DNA of 64,000 nt, from positions 402-64,401 of the forward strand of contig JBIKWJ010000004.1 of NCBI GenBank assembly GCA_044356325.1, given 5' to 3'. A program made the translations under genes and the position numbers. The stretch comes from Minisyncoccia bacterium. Lineage in GTDB: Bacteria > Patescibacteriota > Minisyncoccia > SW-4-49-11. The notes under the pieces are model-generated. The model saw nothing but the letters and a program-made list of their open reading frames with translations. It was not told the origin of the DNA and searched no databases. This document shows positions 49,355 through 58,800 of this stretch, one piece after another (the first letter of the stretch is position 1; each line of letters opens with the position of its first letter).

Positions 49355-51292
49355 ATGTATATTTTGCAAGTTGTCCCTCTCATCAAACTCCCTGGTCAAA
49401 TAAGCCAAACTTTGACCTATTATGCTTCCGAGAATATTCTCCCGGGAACTCTTATCTTAGTGGGAGTTCGTAATACAGATATTACCGCAATAGTTTATTT
49501 TTGTCAAGAGTTGACAAATGCCAAACAAGATTTAAAGAAATTTGCAAGCTTTAGCCCCAAGCCAATTCGCAAGCGATTTTCTGATAATAGCTTGTTAACA
49601 AGCCAACAATTAGAATTAGCTCAATGGATGAGTAATTATTATGCCCATGCACTTGGTAATATTATCAAATTATTTATACCCAAATTATCCAACAAAATAA
49701 AACGCTATCCCAATATACTCAATGTCCCCTCTCCTGAAATAGAATTAGGCCCTGATTATATACCAAAAGTATTCCTAGGAACTCTTACTAAACGTCTCAA
49801 ACACTATCATACTATTCTTAAATCAACTATAGGTCAAATACTGATATTAGTACCCGATACTATTAGTCTCGAAAGACTTTCCCGTGAATTTGCAGATTAT
49901 AATCCCCTACTCATCAGCTCACAACTCGGCATAACTGCCCAGAGGGCCGCTTGGTCTCAAGTCAAATCAGGAGAAGCTAAGATTATTATTGGTACGAGAG
50001 GTAATATATTCCTTCCCTTTCAACATTTAACTCATATTATCATTGAGGATGAATCCTCTGAAGCCTATTATTCTTTTGATACCAAACCTCATTATCATAC
50101 AACCAGTATTGCAGTCGAGGTAGCCAAATTATATAAAGCCCATATCACCCTCGCCTCCACTATTCCGAGCATTAGTACTCTTGCTTTATTAGAATCTCAT
50201 AATCTCAGTCTCCCCACTGAGGTATACCCTCATATCCCTAAATCCAAAATCAATTTGATTGAAATGCAAACCGAATTCTATAAGGGAAACCGAGATTTAT
50301 TATCCATACCCGCCCAAAAAGCTATACAGAAGTCTCTACAAAATAATCAATCTGTTATTATATATGTCAATCGCCGAGGTGAATCTCTCTATGTATCTTG
50401 CCGCGATTGTGGATATCACCTCAGAGACCCAAAAACAGGAACTTTACTCACCGTGCATCGTGTAGACACTTTACCAAAAGCCATACCCAATTATACCGAG
50501 AATCAAGTATTATTATCCCATAGCTCACATAAATGGTTTAAGATGATACATATTTGCCCACAATGCAAATCCCTCAATTTACATCAAGGAGGAATTGGAA
50601 TTGAGAAAATTGAAGATTTTAGTAAATCCTTATTCCCCAACATTCCCCATTTTGTACTTTCTAGTGATACCGCCAGCAACTTGGAACATCAGCAAAGTAT
50701 TATAGATAATTTTACTCAGACTAAACCCGCAATTCTACTCACTACGCGTATGATACACAAATTTCTAGATACTATCCCGAAAACTCTCACCATTATCCCC
50801 TCTGCTGAATCCCTGGTTAATTTCCCCGATTATACTATTCGAGAAAAGTCAATACAGGTTTTATCCGAGCTCATAATGCATAGTGATAAAACTCTAATAC
50901 AGACATTCACCGCTTGGAATCGTGATGAGGAGAGTCCCTCACATATTCACACCATACTCAATCACCCTATTGCCGAGTTATGGGAACAAGAATATGAGAA
51001 TCGCAATCTCTATCATTATCCCCCACAATATGAGATTATCGCCATACATTCACAACATCATATCAGATCCAAATCTCTAGCCCAGGCTCTCAGAATCAAA
51101 GAGGCTTTGTCTAGTATACATATACGAGCTCTTGGACCTTTAGAAAAATATATTGCTCGAGGCAAGGGTCTGTATCGCTTTACCCTCACTATACAAACCT
51201 CACCCAAACAAGCCACCTCTATCAAACGCAAATTAGTCCCCATATTAGAATATGGCCAAGAAATAGAAATCAATCCCCCAAATTTGGTGTAA
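49355..51292 (+). CDS. priA: Primosomal protein N' (PriA-like, degenerate helicase motifs)
   Basis: N-terminal 3'-binding domain, IIIGTR...FLP, NRRG....CRDCG, CPQC, G.G.EK, IQT and YPP. Confidence 0.88.
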   Translation: MYILQVVPLIKLPGQISQTLTYYASENILPGTLILVGVRNTDITAIVYFCQELTNAKQDLKKFASFSPKPIRKRFSDNSLLTSQQLELAQWMSNYYAHALGNIIKLFIPKLSNKIKRYPNILNVPSPEIELGPDYIPKVFLGTLTKRLKHYHTILKSTIGQILILVPDTISLERLSREFADYNPLLISSQLGITAQRAAWSQVKSGEAKIIIGTRGNIFLPFQHLTHIIIEDESSEAYYSFDTKPHYHTTSIAVEVAKLYKAHITLASTIPSISTLALLESHNLSLPTEVYPHIPKSKINLIEMQTEFYKGNRDLLSIPAQKAIQKSLQNNQSVIIYVNRRGESLYVSCRDCGYHLRDPKTGTLLTVHRVDTLPKAIPNYTENQVLLSHSSHKWFKMIHICPQCKSLNLHQGGIGIEKIEDFSKSLFPNIPHFVLSSDTASNLEHQQSIIDNFTQTKPAILLTTRMIHKFLDTIPKTLTIIPSAESLVNFPDYTIREKSIQVLSELIMHSDKTLIQTFTAWNRDEESPSHIHTILNHPIAELWEQEYENRNLYHYPPQYEIIAIHSQHHIRSKSLAQALRIKEALSSIHIRALGPLEKYIARGKGLYRFTLTIQTSPKQATSIKRKLVPILEYGQEIEINPPNLV

Positions 51293-51314
51293 TATCTTAA
51301 TAAGGTTAAATATC

Positions 51315-51349
51315 TGAGTTCTGTAGGGGCGACCTGGTAGTCGCCTGTG
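51315..51349 (+). repeat. GTAG-type REP unit (element 6)
   Basis: TGAGTTCTGTAGGGGCGACC-TGGTA-GTCGCCTGTG, nearly identical to 53926-53960. Confidence 0.75.
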
Positions 51350-51397
51350 CTATTATGTTCCCCCTCTGAAGACGGTGAGCTAGGTTTCGATAGTAGA

Positions 51398-51428
51398 AAA
51401 AGAGGGACAGCATTACGCGCTGTCCCTT
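51398..51428 (-). terminator. Intrinsic terminator
   Basis: AGGGACAGC...GCTGTCCCT with an adjacent A-run. Confidence 0.65.
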
Positions 51429-51444
51429 AACACTGAATATACAC

Positions 51445-52317
51445 CTATAAACTCACGATGGGCATTAGCAAGTAATCCATATGTATATACGGCCCTATGG
51501 TGGCAGTAAATAGGAATTGCCCTGATCGTGTAGACCGATTGATATTCATTGTAACCAAACCCGATGATGAATAGCGCTTAACTAGCTCAAGGAAATCCAA
51601 TAACTGTTTTACACTAAAAGAGATATCCTCATAATGAATAGGTGTTTGCAATAAAATATCTAACTCTTTACCGTTATACGCAGTAAATATGAGCTTTAAT
51701 GAACCATTATCTTGCCTAGTTTGAACATTAACCACACCAGCCGCCAGCAACTCCAACTTCTTAACTTCTTGATCCGTTAATTCTTCTGAATCCCCCGCTA
51801 ACCTCTTAACTGCTTCACCCATTAAATTCTTAACTTTTTTAAGGAAATTGTATAAACGGTTACCATCAAAAGATACTGTATTTTGGTGGTCTAGAGTTGG
51901 CCAAGCATTGTCTAGGCTCTCATAAGGATATTGATTAATTCTATTTTTCCTTAATTCAATCCTATCCGAGGAAATGGAGCGAATTATTGGGTTACCTTTG
52001 CATAGATCATCTATAACCCCTACTTGTCCAATACCCAATTGGCTACGACCTAATTGGTCTATTCTTACAAACCGAGGGGACTTAACATATCTTGAAAATG
52101 CACTTCGATGAATGAGTATCGGCTTTGTGCAGTGCCATATGGTATTTTGAAAGGTAATACGCAATGCTCGAACGGTATCAGTGGAAATAATTCGCATTCC
52201 ACCATTTAAAGGCTGGATAAAAATGCAGTTAAGGCCCTCACGATATTTATCCCTACTAGCACATATGCTAGCCGCGTACAGTACGCCTTCAGGTAGCAAC
52301 GCTAATACTTTGTTCAT
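51445..52317 (-). CDS. Divergent, truncated DNA polymerase III beta-clamp-like protein
   Basis: CASRDKYREGLNCI...IISTDTVRAL resembles DnaN domain II. ISFSVKQLLDFL and terminal YLLMPI resemble domain III. Confidence 0.6.
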   Translation of the reverse strand: MNKVLALLPEGVLYAASICASRDKYREGLNCIFIQPLNGGMRIISTDTVRALRITFQNTIWHCTKPILIHRSAFSRYVKSPRFVRIDQLGRSQLGIGQVGVIDDLCKGNPIIRSISSDRIELRKNRINQYPYESLDNAWPTLDHQNTVSFDGNRLYNFLKKVKNLMGEAVKRLAGDSEELTDQEVKKLELLAAGVVNVQTRQDNGSLKLIFTAYNGKELDILLQTPIHYEDISFSVKQLLDFLELVKRYSSSGLVTMNINRSTRSGQFLFTATIGPYIHMDYLLMPIVSL

Positions 52318-52447
52318 GGGAAAAGCTCCAATGTACAAAAAGAATATATCATATCTCTTCCAATTTGTCTACGATATATCTCATCACCCTCCTTGCTTTT
52401 TTGCCTCATTTATGCTATAATATAGTAACAAATTGTTATACTATTAT

Positions 52448-52966
52448 ATGATTCTTGATATTGAAACAGGACTTAAAAATCCTATTCTCCGTACCAAATC
52501 TGAACCTATTGATTCTATTACTCGAGATATTCATAAATTAGCTCGAGATATGAAATCTAGTATTAGACCTCATCATGGGATGGGGCTTGCTGCTCCACAA
52601 GTCGGACATAATGTACGATTGATTTTGATTAATGTCCCAGGAGAGCATTTTGAAGAGTCAGGATTTGAGGATTGTGCTTTGGATCAACATTATGTAATTA
52701 TTAATCCTGAATTAACTGCTTTGAGTCAGGATACTGCTACTATGGAAGAGGGGTGTTTATCTTTGCCTGAATATTTTGCTGATGTGATTAGGCCTACCAG
52801 TATTGAATTTACGGGGCTTAATCTAAAGGGTGAGAAAATTGGTGGTAAGGCTTATGGAATTTTTGCTCGAATTCTACAACATGAAATTGATCATCTTGAT
52901 GGGGTATTATTTGCTGATAAGGCGCTTCCTGTAAAGCTAAAACAAAGTGGGAAAGTGTATGTCTAA
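52448..52966 (+). CDS. def: Peptide deformylase
   Basis: GMGLAAPQVG, EGCLS and QHEIDHLDG. Confidence 0.97.
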   Translation: MILDIETGLKNPILRTKSEPIDSITRDIHKLARDMKSSIRPHHGMGLAAPQVGHNVRLILINVPGEHFEESGFEDCALDQHYVIINPELTALSQDTATMEEGCLSLPEYFADVIRPTSIEFTGLNLKGEKIGGKAYGIFARILQHEIDHLDGVLFADKALPVKLKQSGKVYV

Positions 52967-53909
52967 ACCCCGTATTGTAGTTTGGGGTACTCCTCAGCTT
53001 ACGGTTGCTATTGCTGAGTACCTACTCGATTGGGCCGATATTGTCGCCATCATTACTACTCCCGATACTCCGCAGGGGCGTAAAAGAATTTTAACTCCTA
53101 GTCCGCTCAAAGTATTTGGGGAAAGTAATTTTATTCCCGTGTATAGTCCTATTTCTCTCAAAACTCCCGAGACTAGTGAATTATTGCGTACATTATCTGC
53201 TGATATTTGGCTTATTATTGCCTATGGTAAAATTATTCCGCAGGCTATATTAGATATTATGCCTCATAGAGTACTGAATATTCATCCTTCAAGACTTCCT
53301 CAATATCGTGGACCATCTCCTATACAGGCGAGCCTCCGTAATGGAGACAAGAGTACCGCTGTTAGTTTGATGGAGATTGATCATTTGATGGATCATGGAC
53401 CTATTATTGCTCAGGAGGAAATGAGTATATCCCCTACTGATACCTATATTGAACTTGAGGCAAAAGTTATCACTGTTGCGGCTGATATACTGAGACAAAA
53501 TCTCATTCCTTTTATAAATGGAGGAATTACTTCCCAGCCTCAAGATGATGCTAAAGCTAGTTTTGTGAAAATGGTTCAAAAAATTGATGGGATTATTGAT
53601 TGGGAGAGTCAATCAGCTGAGGATATTATGAATGCCTATAGAGCTTATACTATTTGGCCTCAAGTATATACCTATCTCAATACGGATAAAAAGATTGTAT
53701 TTGATAGATTAGATCTTGAGCATATATCTGATATTAAGCTTAAGCCAGGATATTGGCAATTAGATTCTACTAGTCATAATCTGATTATTGGAACAAAAAT
53801 AGGGAATATTGCGGTCAAAGAATTAACTGTAGAAGGGAAAAAGACTATTACTGCTGATAGCTTTGCGAATGGATATGCAGGGGTGTATTTTGTGAATAGA
53901 GAGTTATAA
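52959..53909 (+). CDS. fmt: Methionyl-tRNA formyltransferase
   Basis: GTP, PD...GR, AYG.IIP, NIHPS.LP.YRGPSPIQ and MD.GPI. Confidence 0.96.
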   Translation: MSKPRIVVWGTPQLTVAIAEYLLDWADIVAIITTPDTPQGRKRILTPSPLKVFGESNFIPVYSPISLKTPETSELLRTLSADIWLIIAYGKIIPQAILDIMPHRVLNIHPSRLPQYRGPSPIQASLRNGDKSTAVSLMEIDHLMDHGPIIAQEEMSISPTDTYIELEAKVITVAADILRQNLIPFINGGITSQPQDDAKASFVKMVQKIDGIIDWESQSAEDIMNAYRAYTIWPQVYTYLNTDKKIVFDRLDLEHISDIKLKPGYWQLDSTSHNLIIGTKIGNIAVKELTVEGKKTITADSFANGYAGVYFVNREL

Positions 53910-53925
53910 TATCGTAGATAAATTG

Positions 53926-54272
53926 TGAGTTCTGTAGGGGCGACCTTACAGTCGCCTGTGTTCTCCACCCCGTCTGTCTAGAGACATCCACCCCTCAAGA
54001 GGGGAATTTTTCGGACAGAGCCTTTTGTTATATACTGACTCCTATCTACTCACAACCCATGAGGGAAATTTTTAGAACAGTACATTGTATATATTCCCCT
54101 CTTGAGGGGTGGACAGCTTCGCTGGACGGGGTGGATAAAATACAAACTCAAACTCTATCCACCTCCGGCCTAGCGGCGACCTCCTCCAAAGGAGGACAAT
54201 AAAACTGTCCCTCGCTGGCGAGGGTGCCCGTAAGGGCGGGTGTGGACTGAGCTAATTCCCCTCTTGAGGGGT
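53926..54272. repeat. Composite REP-like palindromic element 7 (largest)
   Basis: GTAG REP, three CCCCTC(AA/TT)GAGGGG units, CCTCCTCCAAAGGAGGACA and GGTGCCCGTAAGGGCGGG units. Confidence 0.82.
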
Positions 54273-54346
54273 AGCAAAATAATATCAGAAATTGACAAAA
54301 CTGCTATTTTATGCTATAGTCTTTGTCTGTAGAACTAATATCCCAT

Positions 54347-55453
54347 ATGGTCATAGCATTTGTTGGTACCAGAGGAATTCCCTATCAAAATACTCGAGAT
54401 AGAAATGAGTATAATTGTGAAATTGTAGCGACTCAATTGGCAAGACGAGGGCATTCTGTATATGTGCTCTCAGACCCTAATTATACCCAATTAACGGAAT
54501 ATAAGAATATTCATATTATTCCAAGTCAACCCAAAGTTAAGTCCATTATTCGTGAGCTCCGGAAAATAGAAAATCTTGATATTGTACATATTAAATCCCT
54601 AGAATATGCTTGGGTGGCTTTTTGGGTATCATTACAAATGCCTCAAGTAAGAGTTATTTTTGATTATCATCAATATACTTTTATCAATAGTAAAAAAAAT
54701 AGACGCCGCTATATGCTACTCTCTTATATATCTGCTCAGTTTTCTGATTCTTTGATTATAGATAATCCAGAATTACAAACTCTCCTAAACCCTTCTTTTA
54801 AATCAAAAGTATATAGTATACCGACAGGAATTGATACTGCTTCTATTGTAAATTCTCAAAATAATTTCAAAAATTTGTATCCTCAAGAATATATTCTGGT
54901 TAATATTGGACAGTATAGAGATTCTGAAAGTTTAGAATTATGGCTAAAGGCATATCGCAAACATAATCTGAATCTTCCTGTTATTGTACTGGGTAAAGTA
55001 AAGCCTGCTATACGTGAGTCTTATCAAAGTGATATTATTCTTTTTGTAGGAGAATTAAGCGGGAATACCGAGCAGTCTCTGATTCAAAATGCTCATATAT
55101 TTGTAGAAATTTCTCCTAATAATGAAGATAAATATCCTATATCCTTAGCTCTGATTGCTGGGATTCCTGTTCTTGCTTCAAAAGGAGAATATAATCAAGA
55201 ATTAATAAAAGCAAATGGAATATTCTTTACTCCTTATAATTATGGCTCTATTGTAACTGGTCTCAATATTATTGAGGATATGTATCCTATTCTCAAGCGC
55301 ATAGCCTCAGAATATATGCCTATTATTCAGGATATATTATCTATTGAGGGTCAAGTACACAAATATCTGTATGCTTATCTCAATACATTTGAAGCGAAAA
55401 AAGCTCGTAAATATCTTGAAACCCCTCGATTCTCTATACCCGTAATTGGATAA
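54347..55453 (+). CDS. Glycosyltransferase family 4-like protein (divergent)
   Basis: IAFVGTRGIP, LARRGH.V.V, DIVHI, IPTGID and AGIPVLAS. Confidence 0.75.
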   Translation: MVIAFVGTRGIPYQNTRDRNEYNCEIVATQLARRGHSVYVLSDPNYTQLTEYKNIHIIPSQPKVKSIIRELRKIENLDIVHIKSLEYAWVAFWVSLQMPQVRVIFDYHQYTFINSKKNRRRYMLLSYISAQFSDSLIIDNPELQTLLNPSFKSKVYSIPTGIDTASIVNSQNNFKNLYPQEYILVNIGQYRDSESLELWLKAYRKHNLNLPVIVLGKVKPAIRESYQSDIILFVGELSGNTEQSLIQNAHIFVEISPNNEDKYPISLALIAGIPVLASKGEYNQELIKANGIFFTPYNYGSIVTGLNIIEDMYPILKRIASEYMPIIQDILSIEGQVHKYLYAYLNTFEAKKARKYLETPRFSIPVIG

Positions 55454-55861
55454 TTATTCTGTGGGATTTTCTTCTGCTGTTTCTGCGTGGATATGCTCTT
55501 CTCCATGATCATGGTTATGTCCATCATGATTATGCTCAAGTTCTAATTCTTGGGTCAAATTCTTGGTAATTTCCTCTTTATGTTGTACTAATTCTGCTTT
55601 TAATACTTCGATTTGACTCGCAAATATATCGCTAAGAGTAGGGACATTTTCTTGAATATAGGTAGTGACGAGTTCCGGATCATTATCATTGAGTAAAGTG
55701 TCTAAATGCTGAGCTTGCTCTTCACTAAGGGTATCATAAGCCGCACTGAGTACACGAACTTCGAGAATTTGAGTTAATTCATCTACCAATTGCGCTCTAT
55801 TCTCAATAGGTAAATCTTCTAGTCCTAATAATGTGATGATATTGTCTTGTGCATTGTCCAT
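55454..55861 (-). CDS. DUF5663-like acidic protein with His-rich tail
   Basis: LLGLEDLP.E.RAQL...L...LE.RV......LSEEQ...L...IQENVP, then HNHDGHNHDH. Confidence 0.6.
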   Translation of the reverse strand: MDNAQDNIITLLGLEDLPIENRAQLVDELTQILEVRVLSAAYDTLSEEQAQHLDTLLNDNDPELVTTYIQENVPTLSDIFASQIEVLKAELVQHKEEITKNLTQELELEHNHDGHNHDHGEEHIHAETAEENPTE

Positions 55862-55875
55862 ATTATTGTAATTAA

Positions 55876-58800
55876 TTATTTGTTAAGTACTTGTCGCACA
55901 GCTTCTTTAATTCCTATCATCTTACTTGGTTGCAAGAATGTGGATAGAGGTTGTATTATATTGTTAGTATTCGGAAGTTTGACTGGCTTCCAAAATCCAG
56001 AGGTTGGTATTTTACTATCAGAACTAAACTCAGCCCAATTAAATATTTGGTTAAAATCTTCTGCTGACTTTATACCTTTAAAAGATAAATATTCTCGGAA
56101 TAGTTGAACATTCTGATTGTTTGGATTAGGGTTGCTTACAATAGCATCGTATAGCCAGTTTTTACCTGCATCAGTTTGTACATAAGTATCTAATACCTGC
56201 TTACCTAAATTAGAGTCATAAGGCAAGTTCCCTAATTCATTAGCGATATATCTCTGCACTACACCTAAAGAGTTTGTTCCTTTAGTTAATTCCACCATAT
56301 CTGGAGCATCTTCAAATCTAGCTAAAATAGTCTGATTCAAAACGTTTCTTAATTCATCAGAGTTTATGTTATTAACTACTTCAGACATTTGCTCTGGACT
56401 TAAGTTAGCAAAGTCAGTAAGACTATTAACTCCAAATCCATTAGATAAAAATGTAGATCCTTCACCTATATTGATTATAGAGTTATAGATTACTTCTCTT
56501 CCATAATCATCTGTAAAATATGATTGTATAATTTCTTTAGCTTGTAAATCTGTAAGATTTTGCTTACCTAATATTTCAGATAAATCTCTAGTAAATTTAC
56601 TAGTTGCAACTGGTGGAACTTCTGGAGCTAGAGTTGATACTGGAGCTTCGGCTGCTGGTGGAACTGTAGGCTCTGATCCTAAAGATTCAGTGCCTAATGG
56701 TGATGATGCTGGTGTTTCGGGATATCCTGGCTCAATAGTAGGAGATTCTGCTGGAGATGGAGCAACATATTCTGTCGGTTGGAATGCCTCAAGATGATCT
56801 ATGTTAAAATGACTAATTCCCTCTAATTGACCCGGACCTAGATATCTTGAAACTTCATATAATTGCTCTTTTGAAAGACTGGCCATTTCATTAGCATTAT
56901 CTATTCCCCATTGTGCTAATAATCCTCTTCCCCCTTCTGTACCTTGCGCTAATTGAAACATCGTATTCTGACCTACTCCCGACTGCACATAATTTTCTAG
57001 GGCATGCTGTATTTGGTCTGGACTAGCATTTGGCCCTAATTGTTTAGCTATTTCTCCCCATAAAGTCTCACCTTTACTTAATTGAGATATATCTTGTAAT
57101 TGTACAGAAGGATTATCAGGACTATCTATAATATCTGGTTTAGGAGTATTGGTAATCTGCTCTGGATTAAAAATTCCTCCTGGCCTCATCATATCAACTG
57201 CTAATGAGGTCATAAGGCCTCCACCCACTGCTGTTCCTACTACATTTGCAATAAGTCTATTCCTTTGTTGTTTTTGTAATTCTGTAATACGTTCTTTTGA
57301 TAAAGTAGTTAATAATCTACTTGTATATTGCTGATTATATTCTGGGGAAGAGAATATAAATTTCTCAGGTTGAGCTTTTACCTCACCTTCATCACTATTA
57401 CTATTCTCTGAATTTATGGTTTCACCCTCAATTTTATTAATATTAGTAAGAAGCTCTTCTTTTTCGGGCTGTTTTGCAATACTTTCACGCTGTACTCTTG
57501 TACCTAATTCATTTAATATGGCCTCATAAGCTGTTTGCTGTGATTCATTAGTAAATTTACCACCATTAAGGCGATAATAGGCCTCGAGTGTACTAAGCTT
57601 TGTACTAAGATCAACATCCTTTGCCTCCTTAATATATCCTTCTTGTAATGACTCCCCTACTAATTTTGGTATAGCTGCTTGAAAATTAATATTCAAACCA
57701 AATTTATTGATTTTAATACTCCCATCTTCAAAACCAGCACGAGCTAATTCTCGACTTGATACTCCAGACATAAGACTTGATACAGAACGCCTCAATACTG
57801 CGAGTCCTCCCGCAACAGGTAATCCAAATCCTGTTAATGCTAAGGTAGTTCCTACTCCAAAGGCTACCAAATTGAGTCTACTAATAAATTTTTTATGTTT
57901 AATAGCAAAATTGAAAAATCTTTCTTTTAGTGGATTTATTGCCTTCTCAAATCCAGATTGTAATTCTTGTGATTGTAATATTCTTTCTTCTCTCAAATTC
58001 TTAACCTCTTGTGTAAAGACTCTATGAATTTCTGACTCTAAACCTTGAGCTGACATAATACCAATAACTTCCTCAACTGTTTGATTATATTCTCCCCTTA
58101 GTCTTTCTAATTCTAGTTTTGCACTCTCATCATTACGATTTCTATTATACAATTCTTCAGCTCGGGCATAAGCTTTTCTCAAATTATCAAGTTGTGCTTT
58201 TGAGCTAGTTTCTAATTGCTCATCTTGTTTAGAAGTATCACCTATAGTTTCTGTAACCTGAACATTTGGTAATTCTTCAGCTGGGGTTAATTTAGGAGTT
58301 TTATCTATTGGGTATAAAGGAGATTCTTCTTCTGGATTTGGTAAAATATGCTCAATTGGAGTATCCGACGGATCTACAATTATAGGTTCTAAGAATTCCT
58401 TATCATTTAATACTCCTTCTATCCAATCTGGAGTATTTGGATTTAATCCTTCTATGATATAACCTAATTTTTTGTTTTCATTATTACTTGTATATATGAT
58501 ACGAACTGGTCTTGATTTAGCAAAAATCTCCTCAAAAGTCCTTGGGCGATTTAGTTCAACTTCATTACCCTCATTATCAACAATATGTGTAATATTACCT
58601 TCAGTGTTAAGTTTAATAGTCCCTGTACTTACAAGAGAATTTTTAGCATCTGATATGTTAATTAAATCTCTATGTGCTATTAATATATCTCTTAGTTGTG
58701 GTAATTTCCGAGAGAGATGTCCATCAAGTTTATGTGATAATTTTTCCACTTTATCCCAAGCATCTGTTTCTAATTGTCTATAAACATTTTGAACAGATTC

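Noticed and set aside
53926-54272. CRISPR array
   Set aside because: The units are inverted, heterogeneous and irregularly spaced, with no constant repeat-spacer period and no cas genes.
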